This document shows, piece after piece, positions 51,681 through 63,500 of a stretch of DNA of 64,000 nucleotides. The number at the start of each line of letters is the position of its first letter. Position 1 is the stretch's first letter. The translations under genes and the position numbers were made by a program. The stretch covers positions 124,001 to 188,000 of the forward strand of contig NIVC01000516.1 in the NCBI GenBank assembly GCA_002269645.1, given 5' to 3'. The stretch is from Macrostomum lignano. Its lineage: Eukaryota. The notes under the pieces were generated by a model. The model made no database searches and had not been told where the DNA came from. It worked only from the letters and a program-made list of their open reading frames with translations.

Positions 51681-53071
51681 GGTTGACGAAGCTGAACAAA
51701 CATTGATTTGAAATTCATCTGATAATGAAAATTTTGTCCTAAAAAATTTCGCCTCAATAGCGGCCGTCTCAACCGAGTCCGAGCCGTGGAAACCGTTTCT
51801 AGTGTCCGACAGGCCAATGGCGGCTCGCAGACAGTCTGGCCGCTCTATTAGGGCGCGATACACCTGCGGGAATGAGGGATTAGAGTAGGGATTAGGGAGG
51901 GTTCTCTCAGAGTGGAATTAGGGATGATTCTCTCAGAGTGGGATTAGGGACGGTTCTCTCAGAGTGGGATTAGGGACGGTTCTCTCAGAGTGGGATTAGG
52001 GACGGTTCTCTCAGAGTTAGATTAGGGACGGTTCTCTCAGAGTGGGATTAGGGATGATTCTCTCAGGGTGGGATTAGGGATGATTCTCTCAGGGTGGGAT
52101 TAGGGATGATTCTCTCAGGGTGGGATTAGGGGTGATTCTCTCAGGGTGGGATTAGGGATGATTCTCTCAGGGTGGGATTAGGGATGATTCTCTCAGGGTG
52201 GGATTAGGGATGATTCTCTCAGGGTGGGATTAGGGATGATTCTCTCAGAGTGGGATTAGGGACGGTTCTCTCAGAGTGGGATTAGGGACGGTTCTCAGGG
52301 TTGGATTAGGGATGATTCTCTCAGAGTGGGATTAGGGACGGTTCTCTCAGAGTTAGATTAGGGACGGTTCTCTCAGAGTGGGATTAGGGACGGTTTTCTC
52401 AGAGTGGGATTAGGGACGGTTTTCTCAGAGTGGGATTAGGGACGGTTCTCTAAGAGTGGGATTAGGGACGGTTCTCTCAGGGTTGGATTAGGGACGGTTC
52501 TCTCAGAGTTAGATTATGGACGGTTCTCTCAGAGTGGGATTAGGGATGATTCTCTCAGGGTGGGATTAGGGATGATTCTCTCAGGGTGGGATTCGGGATG
52601 ATTTTCTCAGGGTGGGATTAGGGATGATTCTCTCAGGGTGGGATTAGGGATGATTCTCTCAGAGTGGGATTAGGGACGGTTCTCTCAGAGTGGGACTAGG
52701 GACGGTTCTCTCAGAGTGGGACTAGGGACCGAGTCTCACAGTGGAATTGTCCCAACTTTAAATGGGCAAGCGATTTACTCTAAAAACAAGCTTCGAACCT
52801 TAGTTGGCCCAATAATGTGTCGCCAGCGTTGCACAGCGAGCTCGCCAGCAAGCAGATAGACGCCAGTATCGCCACACAGTAAATAATTAGTCAGCCGATT
52901 ATAGAAGAACTTGTTCCTGTGCTCAGCATAGAATTCCATAGCCAATTGGCGAGTGAAACGAACTTCAGCCCGACTGACAATGTCTATGCCCTCTGCTGCT
53001 AATTTAGACTCAACAAATGCTACAAGAGGCTTGAACCTGTACACATCTGGCTTGAGCAGGGCTAGTGTAAC
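51669..53071 (-). CDS. NME6: Nucleoside diphosphate kinase 6; complement join(52799..53071 or further 5',51669..51863); start codon unresolved
   Basis: VTLALLKPD..EFYAEHRNKFFYNRLTNYLLCG..AVQRWRHIIGPTK|VYRA..IGLSDTRNGFHGSDSV. NDPK active-site motif NxxHGSD and group-II NME6 signature. Phase-0 GT-AG intron 51864..52798. Confidence 0.9.
51885..52735. repeat. 26-bp G-rich intronic minisatellite GGGATTAGGGATGATTCTCTCAGGGT
   Basis: Direct; fills the NME6 intron. Confidence 0.97.
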
Positions 53072-54609
53072 CTGCCAAGCCTGACTCCTGGCAGTTGTGG
53101 GCAGGTTTACTGATGGCGGCAGTAATTATGCACACTAAAACATTGACTCGACTGCATTACAAAATAAATTTAGAACATAAAGAGAAGATAAAATGAAATT
53201 TTCAAACTCATTTAATTCAAATACCAAACACAAATATTTCTAGTAAAAAATTATGCCTACCTCACTACCTTACAATTAGCCAGTAGTGCTAATTTATGGT
53301 TGAACAAATTTATTCTAGATAAATTGCTATCAAAGCAATTATAAATGTGGACTGACTTTCATTACTCAATTCTTAATGTTTCACTTCTCCCTAAAGCAAT
53401 AACACATCAAATCAATGTAAGCACAATATATACATAATTGCTCAAGCACCCCTACCTTTCCTTAAGATATGTTATATATTGTCCTATCCTTAATTATCTC
53501 ATTTCATTTATGAGCCACAAGCTCACAACAACTAAAACTCCCAACTTTTCAAACTAACTTCTCTATTCTCCATGCTTTATAAACCTTTCTTAAATCTTAA
53601 CACAATATGCTTGATTGCTATATCTCCAATCTCTTTACCTGTACTTACAACACAACTATCCTTAATTATTTCTCTATTTATAAGCCATAGCACTAATATC
53701 CAACCTGACTTATCCTAAATCTTTGCCTTACATTAAAGCAATTATTTGGTATTTAGATCATTCACTTTTTTATTTTAATTCAAACCATACATTTGGTTGA
53801 TTTAGTTTGATTCTAAGGTGTCCAAAAAATTAGATTTTTGATTTCTAGATCTTTAGGGCTTTTAAGAATTCTTATAGGTTAAATCTAGAATATTTCCAGA
53901 TTAGATTTTTATAGGTTTTAAATAATTGTTTGATTTAAATACAAAAAGATTATCAATCAATATGACAAAAGCATAGATTTACAAATCTAAATATAATGAC
54001 TTTAAAACATTTTATAAGAGTTCTATTGGTTTAGCAAAATATAAGTCTAAGTTATGAGTATAATGTCTAATAAATATACCTATTGTTCTTTCATGAACTT
54101 AATCAAAAGTTTTTATTTTACATTGATTTAACTTTACTTTAATGCTTTCAAGGGTTTTCTAGGTTTTTCTAGGTTGCAAATACCTAGAAATTCTATCTTT
54201 ATTAGAATATTAAACATAAGATAACAAGAAAAGATCTAAGAAATTTTTGAAAGAGAAGGCTAAGCTATACATTACTAATTATATTGATTTTTTTTACAAT
54301 TTAAGACTAGGCTAGGCCCTAATATTAATTTAAAATTAAAGGTAGGCCTAACTAGACTACAAAAGTTTATAGCAATTTATGAATATAAAGTATTCTATAA
54401 AAATATCAATATTCTGCCTTTGGAGTTGATTGCTAAGCTAGATAAAAGACAATCATCAATTCATTTGTAGTAGATTTAGGGGAAGGCACACAAGGTGTGT
54501 GTCCCTCTTTATGTAATTAGAATTTTTTTCTTTTTATAGAAAATACACAACACGTGATTATATACATATATAATATGCATTATACATATACTTTTGAGTC
54601 ATCTGCATC

Positions 54610-55655
54610 CCTCATTTAAAATATTCTGGATCTATATATAAGTCCAGAACCAAAAAACATTTTGTTATTTTTGAACCAAAAAACAGGTTTAAAAAATTTA
54701 TTGAACATCAAACTAAGCAGGGATATATAGCTATGTTTTCCCTACTCCACAAGGTAAAAAATATGTCCCTGGACATCACACTCATTTGCAGACTATTTGA
54801 CGCGCTTGTCACCCCCGTTATCACGTATGGCTGTGAGCTCTGGGGCCCTCTGGCTACCATTTCTGAAACAAAAGCTATTGATAACATTCAGCTGAAATTC
54901 TACAAATATCTCCTCAATCTACCAAAATTTGCTAGCAACAGTGTGATATCATCAGAACTTGAGCTTACTCCAATCTCCCAACGAATTGCTAAAACCTACC
55001 TTACCTACTAGCTGAAGATTAGACACCAAAAACTGCCAAATGACTCTAGAAATTTTCTACTCAAACACCAGCCAAAAAATCCATGGAAAACAAATGTACT
55101 AAAGAAACTAGAAAGTATAGACTTAAAAGCACTAACTGAAGATAAACTTTCCCAAAGCTTTAATAGCAAGAAATACCTAGTGAAAAAGCACCTCAAGATA
55201 CACAGAGAAAGAGAACTTAGCCAAAAGCTAGAGAATCAGCAACATATTAAACTCTACAAAAATGCCTATCTCTACAAAAAAATCTGCAGGCCCGACCTTT
55301 CAGATTACTTTCCATGCACTTTTAGAAACAAAAAATTCCTAACAACCCTCCTAAAACTGAAATGCGAAATTACACCCAACATTTTCTCTCATAAAGCATG
55401 TAGACTGTGTGGAGTGAGAAATGGTTCCGATATCCTACACTATTTGACCGAATGTCCACAAACTGAAAAGATCAGAAAAAAATACTTCTGTCAGTACCTT
55501 TTAAATGACAAGCAAGTACACAAGTTAGGATATGCTACAAATGAAAAAAGAGTCAGAAAAGAGCTCACTAGTGTAGCTAAAATATATGAAGTCATGAATA
55601 GCTAAAACAGTTATGCAAACTGAAACAGACATATCAGCAGTGTAATAAATCCGCT
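54610..55655 (+). mobile_element. Decayed 5'-truncated non-LTR retrotransposon (RTEX-like; RT C-terminus plus CCHC finger)
   Basis: ORFs 54733..55011 and 55180..55605 share a frame and are separated by one TAG. Motifs RLFDALVTPVITYGCELWG, QLKFYKYLLNL, SELELTPI and CRLCG..DILHYLTECP. AATAAA at 55644. Clade assignment is by motif recollection. Confidence 0.8.
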
Positions 55656-57395
55656 TTTCTTTTGTTTATTCATTTACTGTCTTTTTAATTTCCTATTTAA
55701 TTATCATTTAATTAGTATTTAATTAGTTTCCTATCTAATACCTATTTAAATTGTCATTATTCGTTTAACGTAAAGTTCTTTCGAAGTTCATTTTTGTTCA
55801 TTTTTTGTTCGTTTTTCATGCTTTGAAATATTGCGCGCTTACAAAATACTACATCTTTTTACAAAAAACGCTCTTTCAAATACCTTAAAAATTTTACAAA
55901 TAGGCCCCCTATTGTAACTCGCATCATAACTCGTGTAAAAATTTAACCTTTTTGAACAAATTTAACCTTTTGAACTTAATCGTAATTAAACAACTAATGC
56001 TAAAATAACTTAAATACACAGAAATATACTGGCCAAACAGGCTTCTTGCCTGAGCCAACATACTACTACTAAGTCATTCAGCTTTAACTAGGCCTAAGCC
56101 TAGGCCTACTATAAAAAACAATATAGTGTAAAAAAAAAAACTAAAGAAATAAAATCAAGATTCTAGCCTATCACAGTATCAGTTTCATACAAATTTTCTA
56201 CAGTTAAAATATTAGTCAATATGTTTACATGGCATCAGTGATCAGTTGAATGATATAGGCCTACTGAATAATTTATGACTACTCACTTATTCTTAAAGTA
56301 CAGCCCATGTTAATTATTAGGCTTTAGCTTTTAGGCCATTTAGCTAGGTCAAAATATATAAAATAAATATGAATATCATTATCAATCAACATGCCATGTT
56401 CTTTATGCCATTCTATCAACATGGTTCATGAGGCCTATAATTTGCAATGTCAAAGTTAATATTTTTATACCCAAATTTTCATTGCCACATAGGGCCTATA
56501 GCCATATATAGGTCGACTTTACTTCTTAAGTTCTTATCCTAGATTCCTAGGACCTAGACTAGACCTACTAACCTAATAGGGCCTAATAGTCACAAATATT
56601 AACACTAGGCCTACAATACAACTACAAGTACAACTACAAATACTATCCATACGCCCAATTAAAAAAGAACAAGGCTTGGTAATTTACTCTGATGGTTTAA
56701 AGCTGGCAAAACAGTGCTGTCTATTAATTTTTCAGTAAGGGAGTTTGTAAGTTTGTAGAGGCGTATGTGTAGAATTTGATGTTGGATGTTGAGTGGAAGG
56801 AAGGAACTCTCAAAACGACTTCTGTGATTTTGGCTAGTTTTATTAAGCCTGATAAAGAAGGATAAAGAACTAATTCTAGACCCTATTTATTTATTTTCCG
56901 TTTACCCAGTACTTTTATAAAACAATCGACTTAAAATGGCTCTATTAGTTTTACTGAAATACTTTTTTATTTAAATCTAAACAAGGTTAACCTGAAATCG
57001 AAAATTAAAAAATTCTCTCTAGAAGTTTTTTTACCGTTTTATTTTTGGTGCGTCAGGCCTGCCTATACAAATGTCACTATGTGCTATAGTTTTCTAATCT
57101 AGAGGGTACTGTTTAGATTCATACTTGGAGGTATGATACCATAGATAATATGTGACAAGTCAATTTGACATGTACGATGTTACAATGTACCCTAATTGTG
57201 CCTGTTGTGCATACTATAATTACTATTATCTGTGCAATGTGCATGACATACATGCTCTCTGGCTCTCTTTTGTATGATATACATAGCTAATATCATAGGA
57301 TTTTTAAAATTTACATTGTATCACTTCCATTGATTCAATGAAAATCAATTTGTGTAAACATAATATACGTGTTTTTATGACTTTATTGTATAGTT

Positions 57396-57487
57396 GGGAT
57401 TGCAATCCCGGGATCTCGAAATCCTGGGATTGGGCCTAAATCCCAGGATTTCTAGTCCCGGGATTCGGGACCCTAAAAATCCCAGAA
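57396..57487. mobile_element. Palindrome-rich end of a MITE-like element (single end)
   Basis: Perfect 14-bp palindrome GGGATTGCAATCCC followed by clustered CCCGGGAT/ATCCC motifs; no partner end found by eye. Confidence 0.45.
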
Positions 57488-59928
57488 CTAACTTTTGTTA
57501 ATATTTTTACAAAAAGTGCTATAATGCGATTATAGCAATTTATGCGATTATGCGATTATAGCAATTATAAAGTGCTATAATATAAACATTATTAGGCCTA
57601 CAACTAGTTTATTATACTGTGCTAATTTCCATTACTTGCCTCGCATCGTGTGGCACCTTTTTAAACCCCACATCACAGATTTAAATGTGAAATTAATTCC
57701 AATTTAAATTTTTATATGATTTGCTTCTTTACTACTAATTAGTACATTTATAGTACTTTAATAGGTCACAAGATAATGCTGTTTTTCATCTACAAATAGA
57801 TCATTATCTCTATAACAATAAAAAAAGTAAGCAAAAGTGTTTAGCATATAAAGGCACCAGTGTGCTATAGTTAATAAGCATTCAACAATCAACCCTAATC
57901 TATTAATAATTGTTGATAAGCATTAAGATTTTTTATTAACTTTAATGAACTGCTATTGAGATTTTTTGTGCTAATAGATTAATAAATTTGTTAATATTTT
58001 TATGAGTTAAATAACAAATTTAGCATTGACAAGTCATTAATGTTAATGAAAATATCAATAGGGCCTAACCAAGATGCAAATAAAGAACAAAAGTATAAGT
58101 TTGTTGACAAAAAGTTGCAACATTACAAATGTTTTTTATTTTATTTAAGTACCCAATTAATCTCTTTAATTTGTTTATAATAATTAAGCATAAAAATATA
58201 ACAACTTTGACTTTGTATATAAACTTTAATGAATTAAAATTGTGAACATTATTGCTTATATATATAAGCATCCAATCATTTTGATTCACTTTTTTCCAAA
58301 TCCTTTTAAATTATAACTTCTATTATACATGCTAACTAATGCTATTAAAATAATATTGTTTGTCAATTATTGTTGACTAATTATATGTGTGATTCCCTTG
58401 ATTTATATTAGCTATACAACTTACTTACATTTTGACTAAAAATGCAAAATGCAACTTACCTATGAATTTATATGTCCTAATTTTATCAATTAAATTCATT
58501 TTCATATCCTAATTTCAAGGCCTGTATATTGTAAATTATTATATAAGTGGTTATATAACTATTGCATATATTTTCTAATTATAAGCCTAGCAATATATAG
58601 TTCTACAAAAATACTATAAAACAGTTTTAACAAATCCAAATACTTTAATAATTATAGGCCTAATGATATCATTAGATAGGGCATACATGTGCAATTGCTA
58701 ACCGACCTAGCCAATCTGGCCACTGTAAATTATGGTAGACCAGGGATAAGTGGCAAAAATGCCTAGCCTAAAGAATACAAATGTAGTACTAATTAGATGA
58801 CAAAGCATTTAGCCCTTATAAGACAGTGATAGTTACTCTTGCCATTTACCCAAAATTGTATTAGGGTTTCTTTTACAAGTAAGTCAAATTTTTTGGTCAA
58901 AAAGTAAGTCGCATGGCCTGTGTAAATCAGGGGGATTATGCATGTATGAGATAAGGCCTAGTAATATACTTCTAAATTGAAGCAAATAAAAAAATAAACA
59001 AAACTTTAAGAAGTTTTTTAAATTAATATTTGCACTTATAATTTTTAAAATTTGTAAAATGAAAATCAACATTTTAGAATATTTCTATATCCAAACTAAT
59101 AACAAAGAGCAAGACAATTTAGCAACAAATAATCTAGTAAATAATAGTTGATATAGTGACAATCAATCTAGCAACAAGCCTATAGTAAGTAGTATCCTTG
59201 GCTAACTATATAATAATATTTGTAATAAGAATTATAAAATATATTTATTAAACCAATAAGTCAAGCTGTGTCATTTATTTTATGATTTTTAGGTATAAAA
59301 ATATATGCAGACTAAAAAATTAATACATAAAATCCTAATTTTCTAAATGAAAAGCTTTATAGATAATAATAAAAGCTATAAAAATTCAATATCAAAAAAT
59401 AAATATTAGGTCTATTTCTTATTTAAAACAATGAAAATTTTTGCATTAGAAATATATAAAAACTTATTATTTCTAAAGTAATATTTTAAAAAAACTTTCA
59501 TCCTAAAAATTTCCTAGAAACAAAGTTTCTTATCGTATTACTTTAGTAGTCTTTACAAAAAACCCACTCCTAATTCCTATTTTTAAGGTACTGATATATT
59601 GATAATATACTGATCATTCTAAAGAGAACTATATATATATTTGTATTTTTGTATATTTTTGTATACTAATATATATATATATATATATATTAGTATACAA
59701 ATATACAAAAATTATACAAATAGACAAAAATACAAGTATAAATTATAATTATACAAAAATTAGTATAATCAACAAATGCCTAGATACATAGATAAAAAGT
59801 TTTTTAGTTTGAAAAAACTTCTTACAAATATATCTATTGCTGTATAAGAAAAAAATTAATAACATTGGTTATGGCTAAAAAATCTATGGTCTTTCCATGC
59901 ATTCTTAAGCCTAAAACTGACTTATTAG

Positions 59929-60533
59929 TAGAGCTCGAACGGGAGCAGAATTTTCGGGATCAGGCGGTATCGGGATTGAAAATAATTTCAGGATCGGGAT
60001 TCGGGATTAGTATTCGGGAATCCGGGATCTGGGAATATATTACTTACTAATGAATCAAATCAAGGATTCAAGGATAGTTTTATATTATTATATATATTTT
60101 ATATTTCAAGGACTGTTCTGCATTAATGTAATATTGAATTGCATTAGTTATACTGCTTTTTTCTTGTAAAATTCTGGTTCTGGAATCGCTTTGGGAAAAG
60201 CCTCAAGCTCGAATCGCTTCGTGAAAAGCCTCATACTTGTTAGTTCGTTATTTATGAGTACAACTCTTTACAAATCTGTTACTAAGTAAAAATCTGCTGC
60301 TTTATTTGGTGAATTCAAGATCAGACTTTCAACATATTTATAGTTGCTGTTACAAAAATTAGCTTAGTATTGATTACTGCTCTTGATTGTTGAAAGCATC
60401 ATCTTCATTATCAATCTATTGTGCTCCCGAATCCCGAGTTCTCTAAGCCTTCGGGATCCCAATCCCGAATTCCCGAAAAATCTTCGGGATCCCGAGAATT
60501 CGAGATCGGGATCGGGATCCCGTTCAAGCTCTA
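59929..60533. mobile_element. Non-autonomous hAT-type MITE, 605 bp
   Basis: TIRs TAGAGCTCGAACGGGA / TCCCGTTCAAGCTCTA (1 mismatch); exact 8-bp TSD CTTATTAG at 59921..59928 and 60534..60541; inverted subterminal CGGGAT/ATCCCG clusters. Confidence 0.9.
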
Positions 60534-62269
60534 CTTATTAGGCATTGTTGCTAAGGTGTTAGCTATTTTGCTTATATTAAATTTCTTTTTATCAATGAAT
60601 AAAGGATAAAAAGGCTAAAATAAAATTGGGCATAAAATTTAGTTCATTAAAAAGATATATTAAAAATATAAAAATGTATAATTTTTTAATGAAAAAGATC
60701 TTTTTTTAAACTATTCTTTTATTGTACTCCTTTCTTATCTTCTCTTTTTGTTAACAGCAAGGGGAGCATTTAAATCTTCTATAATAAAAAGAGCATTACA
60801 GGTCAGTTAAGAGCTGCAGATCTGTCTTGGTTCTATGGAGATTGACAATGGTATTATTGTCTTTACTCATTTGTGTATTAGTTAGTATATATACACAAAT
60901 AAAATTCTGCTAGCAGTCTTTTAAGGCAAAGGTTCCATGGCTTATTTGGCCATTGATAAAGCTGATTTTGAGAAAGGTAGCGACAGTAGTGGGAGACTAG
61001 TGAAACCTAATTCCTCTCCTTCATTGTAATTAGTTAGAGTGGCCTTAAAATGCCATGTAGCTCTGATATCAGATTCTTCAACATACATGCCCAACCTCAA
61101 AATTTTACCTGTCCAGTGCAACTTAGTTTTGTCCAGATTTGCAACTTACCTATGCACCACCACACTGAAAGACTGGGGGGGGGGGGGGGGCACGCGTTGC
61201 GTGCTTGTGCTTATTGAAAAATGGAAGTACCTCATTTCTCTTCTTTTATCCTACCTTCACTCTCTTTCCCGATTGATTTATCATTGACTTATTCATTTAT
61301 GCAGTACTAAACTGCACTGTAGCCTGTACCCTGTAGGCTATACTCCCTACATACTGTACTTTACGTCTGGCAAACTAACTTGTATATATACACTCATATG
61401 TATACCTATATATATATATATATATAGGTGTACATTCTTTGAGTCATTATATACTTCACTTAAAGATAGACCTGCACCTGACTATGTATTGAATCTTGCA
61501 CATGAATGGGATGAAAATGGTCATGAAGACTATTCCATCAACTAGTGTCCCCTTTCTGCAGCTGAGGAGCGAAAGCCATTGCTCTTTACACAATGGAAAC
61601 TTGGTCATATAACTCCTGGAGAAGTTAATGATTGTTGTGGTGCGCATTGGATATTAGAAGAAAATTTACCAGCAATCTTAAGTGCAGCCTGGGGGATCAG
61701 GTGATGGTGCAGCTGCAGCACATTCAAGGGAACTAAAAGCACCACCATCCCAATGTTCAGCAAGCTCACACAGAGAGGGACTATTAATGGCAATGCATAA
61801 TCCAGAGGTTGTTGCTTTTAACAGAGATCTATCTATGCAGAATGCAAAAAAATTGAAATTCATAGTGCAGACGCAACAACATTATTCTTCTCGAGTAATG
61901 TCAGCTGAGAAGCTGTTTTTGAAATAAAGAAGAAACTAGAAGTCTTGAGACAGAATTTGTACGACAGCGCATTGCTCATGCTGAATCTATTGCTATAGTA
62001 TCTTGCCTATCAACTGATGCTGGTACTGAAGTGCGGATCCAACCACAACACAGCCATTCATTTGGACTCAGATTCGGAGACTGAGACTGATGGCCGAAGA
62101 AGTGAGAGTCCTCCAAGAAAAAGATATATTTTTAGTTTATCAAAAGGGATTTTGATGAAATTCAGTCTCATGAAGAGATTTTGATGAAGTTCAGTTTTAT
62201 GGAGAGATTTTGATAGAGTTCATTTTTACAGAGATGATTTCAATGGATTTGGCATATTAAATGAGTCAG

Positions 62270-62990
62270 AGAAGAGAAAGTATAGAGAAGAGTGAACAAA
62301 AAAGGAGAGATGATAGAAAAGAGAGTAGATATGAGAGAGGACAGATTAGATATGACAGATGGGAGAGAAGAGTGGAGTAAGGTAGGAATGAAGAGGGAGA
62401 GAGAAGAGAAGAGGAGAGTGGAGATGAGAGGGGAGTTATGAGATAGCAAAGAGGAGACAGGAGAGATGAGAGAAGAAAGGAGGGATAAGAGCATACAGCT
62501 GAAATAAAAGAGAGGAGAGAGATGAAAGATCAGAGATGATAGAGTTAAGAGAAGAAAGTAGTGAGGAGAAAGAAAGAGGGTAAAGGTAAGAGTGCAGAGA
62601 GGACAGATGAAAGATGTGATGAGAAAAGATATGATTGAGAAAATAAGAGAGAGAAGAGATTAGAGAAGAAAAGAGACAAAGGGGAGAAGATAGAATCGAG
62701 ATGGTAGAAAGGAAGCAAGAAAGATGGGAGATAAGAAAGAAGAGGGTATAGGAGATATGATAAACGAGAGCAGAGAGGAGAGAGAAAAGAGAAGAGAGAG
62801 GGTATAGGAGAGACGATAGATAAGTGAGTAGAGATGAGATATGAGAGAGGAGAAAAGGGGAGAAATAAGAGAGAAGAGAGGAGACAGGAGAGGGTACAGA
62901 CGAAATACGAGGGAGAAGAGATAAATAAAGAGGGAGAGTAATAATAGAGAGAGTAACGGCGAGAATGCAGAGAGGAGACATGAGAGTCTG
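62270..62990. repeat. GA-rich low-complexity tract
   Basis: Direct; minus-strand L/S-rich ORFs are artefacts. Confidence 0.9.
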
Positions 62991-63109
62991 AGTCTGGACA
63001 ATGGAAGTCAGTTTTTGCAAACAGGGAAAACAAAATATGGTATTTAAAAGGCTTTACAGAGGATTTTAAGACAATTTAGAATATGGGATTCAAGACTACT
63101 TAGTTGCTC

Positions 63110-63500
63110 TCAATTGCGACTTAGTTCCTCCTGATTGCGACTTAGTTCCTCCCGATTGCGACTTAGTTCCTCTCGATTGCGACTTAGTTCCTCCTGATTG
63201 CGACTTAGTTCCTCCTGATTGTGGCTTAGTTCTTCTTGATTGCGACTTAGTTCCTCCCGATCGCGACTTAGTTCCTCTCGATTGCAACTTAGTTCCTTCC
63301 GATTGCAACTTAGTTCCTCCCAATTGCGACTTAGTTCCTCCTGATTGCAACTTAGTTCCTCCTAATTGCGACTTAGTTCCTCCTGATTGCAACTTAGTTC
63401 TTCCTGATTGCGACTTAGTTCCTCCCAATTGCGACTTAGTTCCTCTCAATTGCGACTTAGTTCCTCCCGATTGCAACTTAGTTCCTCCCAATTGCGACCT
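63110..63500. repeat. 21-bp minisatellite GATTGCGACTTAGTTCCTCCT
   Basis: Direct. Confidence 0.96.

Noticed and set aside
51885-52735. Interstitial telomere
   Set aside because: TTAGGG occurs only once per 26-bp unit, never in tandem.
61450-62000. Higher-GC, protein-like frame (YTSLKDRPAPDYVLNLAHEW..)
   Set aside because: About six stops in ~185 codons and no recognisable domain. It could be a decayed transposon but cannot be supported without a tBLASTn/HMM search.
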